Assembly: GCA_963806855.1 (NCBI GenBank)
Contig: CAWDYW010000001.1
Location: 896,001-960,000 of the forward strand
From: an uncultured Verrucomicrobiae bacterium
Lineage (GTDB): Bacteria > Chlamydiota > Chlamydiia > Chlamydiales > Rhabdochlamydiaceae
Direction: 5' to 3'
DNA length: 64,000 nucleotides
The position numbers and the translations under genes are program-made. The first letter of the stretch is position 1, and each line of letters opens with the position of its first letter. Shown piece after piece: positions 45,224 to 54,470 of the stretch. Below the pieces are notes generated by a model. That model was given only the letters and a program-made list of their open reading frames with translations, did no database searches and was not told the origin of the DNA.

Positions 45224-48200
45224 TTAGAAAATCCACTCCAAACGACCCTCCACTTCATTAATGGTAGTGCTTTGATTATAAAGCCCTTTATAACCGACTA
45301 AGAATGAAACTCCACTATTTTGAGTCCATTTAATTCCCGCTTGGGGAGAAGCGAGTTGCACCGAAGAGTGATAGCTGTTTACACTGAATACACAGGTGTG
45401 ATCGACGAAGCTCGCTCTTTGCTTAGAATGACTTAAAGGGAACTCTCCGACCCAGCTGAGGCCAATATAAGGAGCGAAACAAGAGCACTCGCAGACCCAG
45501 GTGCGGTAGGCTCTTAGGCCTACTTCGCCCCGGAGCATATTTTGAATGTGTTCTTTCACTTTTAGGTTGAGGCTATCTGCTCCATGCTCTTTAAAACCTT
45601 CCCGATGGAAGTAGTTGTAATCGATCAGTCCAAAAGGCTCAAAAGTAGTGCAGCACCAATCCCAGCAGGTTCTTATGCCTAGATGCCCGGTGAAGAAATA
45701 GCCCCACGGATGGCTTTTGGCCGATCTGTCGATATCGATCTGGACTGGCGTTTGTACAAGGCCATCGGTCCCAGCGCACAAATTGGTTTGCACCGTCGTA
45801 ATGACACCCGGCCCAGAAATGTCGATTTTACGCCTTAGATCATGATCGCTGCCGCCTCCGATAAGTGAAATATCGAGGTCAAGACAACAGCAGTGATAAC
45901 TGCCATATAAAGCGCCGTAGTAGCTATTGATATCCCCATTGCCATGATGCCCTCTCCACTCGAGCCAGGTATGGGTATAGGCGAAAGCTCCACCGATTGT
46001 ATAACACTCATTAAAGCAATAATCGATCCCTGTGACGACCCCAACTGCATTGGCATCGAAGCGGCTCATGTGGCCATAGTGCTTTGGATTGCTCATTAGA
46101 TTACCAAAGACATCGATCCAGACAGAGGTATTGCAATTGCAGCTGCAGCAATCTCTTGGACTGCAGCAGAGCTCAAAGAGGTGCTCTGATAAAATATCGG
46201 CGATGTAATTATTGTTACGGGCATTGATCCAATCTAAAGCTCCATAGTTTACAGGAGAGAGATTGTAGAGGGCCCGATTGACATCTCTATGGTTAAGCAG
46301 ACCCATCTGTTCCACAATTACCCCGAAGTCAGATCCAGGTGTGATATTTGCATTCATGATGCAGTTGGCAACTGCGCTAGGGATGCCGGGGTTGATCACT
46401 TGGTTTTGGAAGATAAAGTTTTGCAATATGGTCAAAGTCACACTGTTATAAGAGATGCCAATATCAAATAAATTAGCATTGACACCAGTCTCAATCTTGT
46501 TAGCAAATGTTCCGGTTACTGGCCCACTAATCACGACATACTGAGTCCCCGCGATGTAGTTTCCCGCATTGACAATGATATTGAGGGTTCCTCCATTGAG
46601 TGTGGTTGTTCCACCCGTTACCAATACCGTGTCATGAACAGATCCATTTGGGGTGATATCAACCACGACAATCCCCGAAGATTCATTAGTGAAGTCGCCG
46701 TTGATGTTGATTTGTCCCACTCCACTATCACCAGGAGAGAGAATACCGGAATTATCCAAATTGCCTGTCATTGTGAAGTTACCGCTTAAGATAGCCCCAT
46801 CGGCCACTGCAATATCACCTAGAATAGAACCGTCAACTCTCAGCTCTCCCGCCTCCACTGAAGTCCCGCCTACAAAAGTATTGGCGCCATGTAAAGAGAG
46901 CATCGCACAGCCTTGTTTAGTAAGAGCTGGGGTCACAGGCACTCCTAAATCTCCTCCTTCAATCGGATTTGGCACATCGACATTGCATATAATATCAAAT
47001 ATCAATTTTGCTCCGGTCATCATAAAAATATCAGCACCGGCTGCGGATCCATCAGCTCCAGGAGTCGCAGGGGTAATGACATCAGGACAACTAGTATCCG
47101 GAATAGTCCCTCCAGCACCACCAAAAACGGTATTGCCCATGAACGTGGCACAGTCTTTGATTGTAAGCGTACCCCCACTTCGAATGAAGATCGCACCCCC
47201 AAATCCTGCACCGCCGCCACCACCGCCATTTTCTGCAGGGCTATCAGGTTCGAGCGGGGAAAGATAAACCTCGCCAATCCCCCCAGCCCCTCCACCAAAT
47301 ATACTTTGACCACCTTGACCCGGTGTCGGGACGTCGGGATAGGCAGCAGTACCGCCTCCACCACCGCCGCCGCCCCCAAAAACACTCCCGCCTCCGTCTC
47401 CACCTTGTAATGGGATAGCGACTGTGCCTGTCACGACGCCCCCAAAAACACTCTCTCCTCCGGGTCCACTATGAAATGGGAGATCGACTGTGGCAATCAC
47501 GATGCCACCTCCACCGCCACCTCCGCAAAAACCACCAAGTCCACCGATGCCACCCTCATTGCCCGCACCGCCTCCGCCTCCGTAGTCGAGTCCTGCTCCG
47601 CCTGGAGAGCTAGCGGTAAAGCCACCAGAGCCACCCCCACCGCCGCCATTGGTACTGGCACCTCCAGCAATTCCACCGCGGTCACCCCCAGCACCTCCAG
47701 CGCCTCCAGCTGTGGCAGATCCTGAGGGAGGCAAGCCTCCACCCGCATTTGCCCAATTGTTACCTCCCGCCCCTGCGGTGTCACCGGCATCGCCCCCCGC
47801 TTGTCCGACGCCAGCTCCACCTCCACCCTGAAAATTATCACCAGTAAATGCGCTGCCCCCATCAAAATCTAAACCGCCGCCGCCACCGCCTCCATAATTG
47901 GGATTAGCTCCTGAACCACCATTACCCCCTAAGCCACCGCCACCGCCAGCACCTGGAGAAAAACTTCCCAGACCTCCCGCTCCACCTTGTGCTGTTGAAT
48001 TCTGGAAAATGCAGTTGATTGCAGTAACATTTGCTCCAGTGTCGACAATTAAAGATCCACCAATTCCAGCTCCGCCCCCACCGCCAGAATTTCCTCCATT
48101 CCCCCCAAAACTTGCCAGTTGGTTAAAAACGATCCCGTTTAGCGTGACAGTGCCTCCGCGGATTAAGAAACCACGAAATGCACCACCCCCTATGAGTTGG

Positions 48201-48472
48201 TTGCCATTGCCAATAATAGTGATGGGGAAAGCAGTTGGAGAGAAAGTATTATCTGTATTGATTGGTCTCAAATTTGGTGCGAATGGTCCAGGCACTGGGA
48301 AAGGAACCGTTAAATCGATAGGCCCTGTGAAATTAATCGTATTATCGCCGCCACCATTTGCTGTGATAATCGCATTTTGCAAAGCGGTGCTGTCGCCAAC
48401 AGGATTTATAGAATACACAAGCGAAGAAGAGGTCAGGCAAATGAGTGAGGCTAACGTTTTTTTCCAATGCAT
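45224..48472 (-). CDS. autotransporter with Gly-rich passenger, paralogue of 15359-18574
   Basis: MHWKKTLASL..., shared LFELCCSPRDCCSC, SAKSHPWGYFFTGHLG, ends LEWIF. Confidence 0.9.
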   Translation of the reverse strand: MHWKKTLASLICLTSSSLVYSINPVGDSTALQNAIITANGGGDNTINFTGPIDLTVPFPVPGPFAPNLRPINTDNTFSPTAFPITIIGNGNQLIGGGAFRGFLIRGGTVTLNGIVFNQLASFGGNGGNSGGGGGAGIGGSLIVDTGANVTAINCIFQNSTAQGGAGGLGSFSPGAGGGGGLGGNGGSGANPNYGGGGGGGLDFDGGSAFTGDNFQGGGGAGVGQAGGDAGDTAGAGGNNWANAGGGLPPSGSATAGGAGGAGGDRGGIAGGASTNGGGGGGSGGFTASSPGGAGLDYGGGGGAGNEGGIGGLGGFCGGGGGGGIVIATVDLPFHSGPGGESVFGGVVTGTVAIPLQGGDGGGSVFGGGGGGGGGTAAYPDVPTPGQGGQSIFGGGAGGIGEVYLSPLEPDSPAENGGGGGGAGFGGAIFIRSGGTLTIKDCATFMGNTVFGGAGGTIPDTSCPDVITPATPGADGSAAGADIFMMTGAKLIFDIICNVDVPNPIEGGDLGVPVTPALTKQGCAMLSLHGANTFVGGTSVEAGELRVDGSILGDIAVADGAILSGNFTMTGNLDNSGILSPGDSGVGQININGDFTNESSGIVVVDITPNGSVHDTVLVTGGTTTLNGGTLNIIVNAGNYIAGTQYVVISGPVTGTFANKIETGVNANLFDIGISYNSVTLTILQNFIFQNQVINPGIPSAVANCIMNANITPGSDFGVIVEQMGLLNHRDVNRALYNLSPVNYGALDWINARNNNYIADILSEHLFELCCSPRDCCSCNCNTSVWIDVFGNLMSNPKHYGHMSRFDANAVGVVTGIDYCFNECYTIGGAFAYTHTWLEWRGHHGNGDINSYYGALYGSYHCCCLDLDISLIGGGSDHDLRRKIDISGPGVITTVQTNLCAGTDGLVQTPVQIDIDRSAKSHPWGYFFTGHLGIRTCWDWCCTTFEPFGLIDYNYFHREGFKEHGADSLNLKVKEHIQNMLRGEVGLRAYRTWVCECSCFAPYIGLSWVGEFPLSHSKQRASFVDHTCVFSVNSYHSSVQLASPQAGIKWTQNSGVSFLVGYKGLYNQSTTINEVEGRLEWIF

Positions 48473-48502
48473 ATGAATCCTAGGCCTATTGTCAGACGCT
48501 GA

Positions 48503-48531
48503 TATATAGCAAATGTTTCATTTTAAGGCAA
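48503..48531 (-). promoter_or_regulatory. putative promoter of autotransporter 45224-48472
   Basis: TTGCCT-17nt-TATATA with TG extension; same layout as 15299-15327. Confidence 0.55.
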
Positions 48532-48689
48532 TTCCTTGGATGTACCCCTATAGAATGCCCCTTTCGCGTTGAATCTACCCTTTCCATAATTCTCCTATGG
48601 GAAAGGGGAGGGAGTCTAAAGGGTTTTCCTCTTTTTTTTCCAAAGAGAATTGTCGGATTTTTGAGAGTCCCGTATAATAGAGCGCGCCT

Positions 48690-49509
48690 ATGCTTAGTTG
48701 GAAAGAAATTATTCAAGATTACATTATTAAGCACTCTGATCGGATCAGGAAAACAACCGCTCCGATGCGGGACCATTTTGGCTTAAAGTATTTCTCCTAC
48801 CACCGGATTGAGGACTCGGGGAAATACACGGTCCTTGTCGATCGGCCTGATTGGGCAGAGTGCTATGTGAGGGAGCAACTCTATCTCAACGATCCCTATC
48901 TAAGACACCCATCTGTCTATCAGTCAGGCTTATGTCTTATCGAAAGTAATGGTTCTGAAGAGTACAAAAGAGCAGATATTGAAAGTAGGAAAAGAGACCC
49001 TCGCAGTGGATGTCGGGATTATTTTAATCCAAAAGGGGAAGGGGTTTGTCGAGTTTTTTGCCTTTTCAGGCAACAAAATAGATAGTTGTTTAGATAAGCT
49101 CTATCTAAATCACCCTCATATTTTAAAAACGTTTTCTGCCCATTTTAGAAAAGAGATGGGAACTGTTTTAGCGAAAATGCAAGATGAAAATTGCAACCTG
49201 ATCAATCTAAAAGGCGATCAATTTTCTTGCGACGAACCGATCCATCTTGAACTCCCTTCTGAGAAGATCCTGGAGTACTACCGGGACCTAGGACTGAGTG
49301 GGCAGTTTGAAAAATTATCTCCTAGAGAAAAACAATGTATGAAACTTCTCGCTGAGGATAAATCGGCTAAGGAAACTGCTGCGCTACTTGGGCTACAGAC
49401 CCGTTCAGTGGAATTTTATTTTGAGAATATCAAAAACAAACTCTCTTGCAGCAGCAAGGTCGAGCTTCACCAAATTGCCCGCACTTTAAATCAGATGCAA
49501 CTACTGTAG
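48690..49509 (+). pseudogene. LuxR-family regulator (N-terminal sensor-like domain + HTH), frameshifted
   Basis: YFSYHRI, PDW.E.Y...YLNDP in ORF 48690; LSPREKQC...SAKETA.LLGL..RSVEFYFENIKNKL in ORF 48949; join at A4 48966-48969. Confidence 0.8.
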
Positions 49510-49568
49510 TCAATACAGTAATCGAAAAAGCGCGCGTTGGGTCATCATTTTCCTAAAAGGAGAAAATT

Positions 49569-50273
49569 ATGTCCCATTTTGTGACTCTTCAAGAATTTGA
49601 AAATTTTTATGACGCGCTGAAAGCCCCGGTAGAAAAGAGCGAAGAGGCCTATGCTTGTTTCAGCGGCATCCCTTATCCGATTTTTAACTGTGTAATACAC
49701 GTGCGGTCGGAAAAGGTAGCGGATAAAATCGATGAACTGCTCTCTAAGCTCCCAGATGGTATGCCCCTCTCTTTTTGGGATCATAGTGAAAATCGTCCCA
49801 GACTCAAAGAGGAGCTTGTAAAGAGGGGATTTCAGCCGGTTCTGACCGTCCCCTTGATGACTTGGCAGGTCGAAAAGGTCGATTTGCCTCCCTATCGAAT
49901 TGAAAAGGGGGATATGAAGACTTTTCTAAGTATTTTGGCCGCCACCCTGCAGTTAGACCAGGTCGTGAAAGAGGGATATTCCAAGTTGATCGATAATCCC
50001 CTGATCGAAAATTACATTCTCTATGTCGATGACAATCCGGTTGGGGTAGGAACATTCATCTCAGGCAAAAAAGCCGGCGGGATTTTCAACATCACGATTC
50101 TGCCGCAATATCAAAAGCGAGGGTACGGGAAGGCCATGATGCAGTTTTTGATGAATCGGGCAGGAGCTCTTGGGTTAGAAAGACTCATCTTGGTCAGTAC
50201 TCCCGTGGCAACCAACCTTTATCTGGGATTAGGATTTGTCAAATGTCTTGATATCGAACTTTTTGTCCGCTAA
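49569..50273 (+). CDS. GNAT acetyltransferase
   Basis: ILPQYQKRGYGKAM, NLYLGLGF. Confidence 0.88.
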   Translation: MSHFVTLQEFENFYDALKAPVEKSEEAYACFSGIPYPIFNCVIHVRSEKVADKIDELLSKLPDGMPLSFWDHSENRPRLKEELVKRGFQPVLTVPLMTWQVEKVDLPPYRIEKGDMKTFLSILAATLQLDQVVKEGYSKLIDNPLIENYILYVDDNPVGVGTFISGKKAGGIFNITILPQYQKRGYGKAMMQFLMNRAGALGLERLILVSTPVATNLYLGLGFVKCLDIELFVR

Positions 50274-50300
50274 GGTGAAAAAAAAGCGGGGGTTTAACCT

Positions 50301-50501
50301 ATGGCCAATAGAAAACGAAAAGATAGCGATGAAGGGGATCCAGAGCCTCTCAATTTTGATGAGGATGATGAATTTGGCGAGCAGCTGAGAATATCTCCGA
50401 GGGATGCCCGCGGGGATTCCGAAGATAGTCAGTATTACGAAGAAGAAGAGGCGATTAGCCCTGAAGAGGTTGAAGATCGTGAAGAAGAGGGCGATCTCTA
50501 A
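50301..50501 (+). CDS. small, highly acidic hypothetical protein
   Basis: 66 aa, D/E-dominated with basic RKRK start; fills an otherwise empty gap and overlaps the convergent gene by 47 bp. Confidence 0.55.
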   Translation: MANRKRKDSDEGDPEPLNFDEDDEFGEQLRISPRDARGDSEDSQYYEEEEAISPEEVEDREEEGDL

Positions 50502-51168
50502 CGAAATCGACTGTAAGGTCAATTACTGAATCTGAATACATGATCCAAGAGTGACCAGCAAAAACGGTGATATGTTCGTGCGGGGTGCCGAGACACGATT
50601 CGGAGACCCCCACTTTGCCATCATTTAATTCTCCAATAAAAGGATTCCATCCAAAGGTGCCTGAAATAATCAGCACTTTCTTGCTATTTGGAAATTGTCC
50701 CAGATAGTCGAAAGTCTCTTGGGTCAAGAGCTCGCTTCCCGCGTTCTCTCCGAAGAGCTTCTTTATAGGTTTGACATGATTCAGGGTCTTACCAAATTGA
50801 GAGCCCTGATTGGGAGGAACCAGTAGAACCGCTTTGCCTATTTTGGCCTCTTCAGGACAATCGGGGTGATTGAGCGCCGCACGGACGATGATGCCGCCTA
50901 GGCTATGGGTGACAAAATGGATTGGCTCGCCAGGATTGCGTTCGGCAGCTGCTCGGAGGTCGTGGGCCAAGTATTCGGCATGCTCTTCGATGGTCCGTTC
51001 TTTGCTTGGATAGCCCCAGCTATGGGCCTCGTAGCCCTCCCGGAGGAAGGCGGTAGCCATTGGCTGCATGGAGGCGGGACTGCGCATAAAGCCATGCAAA
51101 CAAAAAACCGATTCAGTTGCAAAAAGGGCGGTCGGTAATAAGAATAAAATTAAAATTAATCTACGCAC
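50455..51168 (-). CDS. secreted lipase/esterase (alpha/beta hydrolase)
   Basis: Signal peptide from GTG 51168, LHGF, THSLGG, PPNQGS, NDGKV, GHS. Confidence 0.85.
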   Translation of the reverse strand: MRRLILILFLLPTALFATESVFCLHGFMRSPASMQPMATAFLREGYEAHSWGYPSKERTIEEHAEYLAHDLRAAAERNPGEPIHFVTHSLGGIIVRAALNHPDCPEEAKIGKAVLLVPPNQGSQFGKTLNHVKPIKKLFGENAGSELLTQETFDYLGQFPNSKKVLIISGTFGWNPFIGELNDGKVGVSESCLGTPHEHITVFAGHSWIMYSDSVIDLTVDFVRDRPLLHDLQPLQG

Positions 51169-51229
51169 AGACTGATTATAAACTGATCTGCCTTTTCCTG
51201 GTAGGGGCTCGCAACTCTCTAAAAGAGGG

Positions 51230-51562
51230 TTATTTCCTGATGGGGAAGATGAAAATTCCAATCCCTAAAATGATTAGAACGATTCCCCCAATCTGAAGCC
51301 AGTGAGCCCTCTGCGCATACATGTCGGCCTCTTGGGTTCCCTGATTTATTCTGCTTTGGGCTGAATTGTTAAACCCCCTGCCGATTACTTGGGCAGCGGG
51401 AGGGGCGACGGTAAAGAGTTGATTTCTTTGGTTGACTTGCTGTTGAGCACCAGAGATTTCCTGCCTTCCAGTGGCAACTCGATTCTTAATATAGTTAGAG
51501 ATCAGAATCAGGCTTATACCGCCGATTAATACCACAATGGCAATAATTTTTTTTAGGTTCAT
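51230..51562 (-). CDS. two-TM membrane protein
   Basis: N- and C-terminal hydrophobic helices around a Gln-rich helical loop. Confidence 0.75.
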   Translation of the reverse strand: MNLKKIIAIVVLIGGISLILISNYIKNRVATGRQEISGAQQQVNQRNQLFTVAPPAAQVIGRGFNNSAQSRINQGTQEADMYAQRAHWLQIGGIVLIILGIGIFIFPIRK

Positions 51563-51679
51563 ATCTTTCTATTCGCATATTAGAAAAAAAATGTAAAGCG
51601 GTTAATCGCCTGCCTTCTCGTTCCTTGACGCTCTCATTGGCATCATGATACAATATTTCTCCCAAAGGAGGAGTTTTAT

Positions 51680-52015
51680 ATGAAAGTTGATCCAAACTAT
51701 ACCCCCGCTGCTCTTTTCCCTGGCAATCAGGATGCTGCCAGTGATCCAAAATGCGTTAGCGTCGCAGAGGTCATCCAACAAATTGCTGCAAAAAATGCTA
51801 GAACAAGTGCCAATCAAGAACAATTAAGAAAAGATGCTCAAGCTCGCTATCAGTATCTTTCTGAATCGGAGCAACTAGAACTCTGGTTTGTAAAGGAGCT
51901 TGCTTCTCTATTGCTTCAGAAGGGAGTGTCCTCAGAGGCTGCAAAGCGATATTACTCATTTAGGCTATCTGAAGAGGATGCTATAGAATGGACAGTCCAA
52001 CAGATACATTTGTGA
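51680..52015 (+). CDS. hypothetical protein
   Basis: 111-aa ORF with strong AGGAGG SD. Confidence 0.7.
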   Translation: MKVDPNYTPAALFPGNQDAASDPKCVSVAEVIQQIAAKNARTSANQEQLRKDAQARYQYLSESEQLELWFVKELASLLLQKGVSSEAAKRYYSFRLSEEDAIEWTVQQIHL

Positions 52016-52018
52016 AGA

Positions 52019-53057
52019 TTAAGGCTGAAGAATAACCTTGAGCGCATGCTCTTTGGAAGCGTTCCCAAAGACCTCATAGGCTTTCATCGCGTCATTTAAG
52101 GAAAAGTGGTGAGTGATGAGCTGTTCTGGGTGCAGTTTGCCTGACTCGACGATTTTTAGAAGAGTTGGGATTGTAAAGGTGTCAACGAGAGCTGTTGTTA
52201 ATGTAATGTTTTCATGCCACAGATTTTCAAGATGAAGAGAGACGCTCTTTCCATGAACGCCGATATTGGCAAGAAAGCCACCGGCGCCAAGGATGAGTTG
52301 ACAGGTATCAAAAGCTTCGGGCGTTCCAACCGCTTCTATCGAAACATCAACACCTTTTTGATTGGTATGCTGCATGATTTTTTCGACAGCCTGGTTATCG
52401 CGGTCGTTAATCGTCATCGTCGCTCCCAGTTTTTTAGCTACCTCCAAGCGATAGTCATCGACATCGACAACAATAATCTGAGAAGGGGAGTAGAACTGAG
52501 CGGTGAGCAAAGCTGGCAAGACCAATAGGACCCGCCCCAATGATGGCGACGATATCGCCGAGCTTAATCTGCCCTTTTAACACGCCGGCTTCATAGCCTG
52601 TGGGAAAGATATCACTCAGCATAACAAGCGAATCTTCATCTACACCCTGAGGCAAACGGTGAAGGCTAGTGTCAGCAAAAGGGATGCGGACATATTCAGC
52701 TTGAGTCCCATCGATGCGGTTGCCAAGAATCCATCCTCCCGATTCACAATGGGAATACATCTTATCTTTACAGTATGAGCACCTTCCACAAGAAGTGATG
52801 CAGGAAATCAGGACCTTATCGCCTGGTTTAAAATTCGAAACCGCGCTGCCAGCTTCTTCCACAACTCCAATCCCTTCATGCCCTAGAGTGCGCCCGACAT
52901 CCACAGTCGGAACATCGCCCTTGCGAATATGAAGATCGGTGCCGCAGATAGTGGTTTTGAGGATCTTCACCAGACAGTCGGTTGCTTTTTCAAGTTTGGG
53001 CTTTGGCTTTTCTTCGAGAGTTACTGTTCCCGGACCACGGTAAACAACAGCTTTCAT
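52019..53057 (-). pseudogene. zinc-dependent alcohol dehydrogenase, frameshifted
   Basis: CGTD, GHE, CxxCxxC, GAGPIG in ORF 52455-53057 continue in ORF 52019-52540; removing one base near 52515 restores GPIGLAALLTAQ. Confidence 0.85.
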
Positions 53058-53168
53058 AGGGCTCCTTTTTTCAAAGTCATCTTTAAAAAAAGGGAGAGTT
53101 TTGTAAAGGAAAATCGATTGCAGCAGGGGCCGAAGAGTGGTATAATATTCTTAATCATCAGGAGTTTT

Positions 53169-54113
53169 ATGAAAAAATTAGTTTATCTTTGTCTCGCCTC
53201 CCTTTTGCTGCTCTCATCAGAGGGTTTAATTTCCGAGCAATCTTTTAAAACTGAAAATGTTATCTATGTGAATAGAGAGCTTGAAGATGTCAAAAAGATC
53301 GCCCGGGATGCTGGTAAAAAAATCCTTGAAATCCGCGAGTCGGGTGGATTGATCTCTAAAGATGAGCTTCTCCCTAATGGGAAACTCGTCCGCCAAACTA
53401 ATGCCGATATCGATGGGAGTCAATACATCATCGACCAGCTGACAAAGCTCTATCCAACCTACGGCATCATCACCCAAGATCTGATGGACGAAGACCTCAC
53501 CTGGTACTTGAAAGAGTCCATTTGGCTAATCAACGCGATCGACGGGACGAAAGAATTTGAAAAGGGGCATGACGATTTCCATGTGCAAATCGGCCTTCTC
53601 AGAGGAGAGCAGACGATCATGGGGGTGAGCTATTATCCTGTGACTGATACTTATGTTTGGGCAGTGCAGGGACAAGGAGCTTGGATTGAAAACGATGGAA
53701 AGACGACCCGCTTAAGCGCAGTCCGATGTCCTGAAAAGATCCTCCTGAAATCGAGCAGTTATGCCCAAATCCAACCTTATTTTCAGCAATGGGATTGGAC
53801 CCCCAGCCAAGTGACAGGTGCCGAGCTCAGCACCACAGGACGAATTCTGGCGATGATCCGCGGCGAAGCATCTCTCTACATCTCTTTGGGGGCGTCACCC
53901 ATGGGGAAAGAGAAAAAAGGGGGCGTTTGGAACTATGGAGCTAATGCGCTCATCGCTCGCGAGGCTGGCCTCATCCTCACAACTCTCGGCGGAAATCCAA
54001 TTGACCTACGGCAGCCTGAGGCCCTTTTAGTCGAAGGGATCGTCTTGACCAATGACCCCGTTCTTTATGACAAAGTGATCGAATCGGACTGGCATTTAAA
54101 CAACCCGTTCTGA
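53169..54113 (+). CDS. CysQ/inositol monophosphatase-fold protein with signal peptide and degenerate active site
   Basis: TNAD, INAIDGTKEF, GQGAW; hydrophobic leader MKKLVYLCLASLLLLSS. Confidence 0.8.
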   Translation: MKKLVYLCLASLLLLSSEGLISEQSFKTENVIYVNRELEDVKKIARDAGKKILEIRESGGLISKDELLPNGKLVRQTNADIDGSQYIIDQLTKLYPTYGIITQDLMDEDLTWYLKESIWLINAIDGTKEFEKGHDDFHVQIGLLRGEQTIMGVSYYPVTDTYVWAVQGQGAWIENDGKTTRLSAVRCPEKILLKSSSYAQIQPYFQQWDWTPSQVTGAELSTTGRILAMIRGEASLYISLGASPMGKEKKGGVWNYGANALIAREAGLILTTLGGNPIDLRQPEALLVEGIVLTNDPVLYDKVIESDWHLNNPF

Positions 54114-54345
54114 GTCGATTTGGTTCAATTCTGACTTAATTCCTTATAAACCAGGCATTTAAATTGACCCACTTTTTAAGACGTGGGTCATATGGTTCAA
54201 TTTCGAAAATTGGAATTGACCCACGGCAGCCTGAGGCTCTTTTAGTCGAGGGGATCGTCTTAACGAATGACCCCGTTCTTTATGAGAAAGTGATCGAGTC
54301 GGATTGGCATTTAAACAACCCATTCTGAGCCGATTTGGTTCAATT
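53999..54345 (+). repeat. 132-bp direct repeat duplicating the 3' end of the CysQ-like gene
   Basis: 53999-54130 vs 54214-54345, 10 mismatches, no indels. Confidence 0.92.
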
Positions 54346-54470
54346 TGAGCCTCTATTCTTTTTTTTAACTAGCATTTGAAGGGATCCCTTTGATAGAATT
54401 TCCAGCTTAACAATCAACTTAATAAATTTTGTATTGTTTAGTTTAGGACAATTTTAACAAATATAGGTGC

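Noticed and set aside
53999..54345. DGR template/variable repeat pair
   Set aside because: Differences are not adenine-specific on either strand, fall at synonymous third positions, and no reverse transcriptase is in the window
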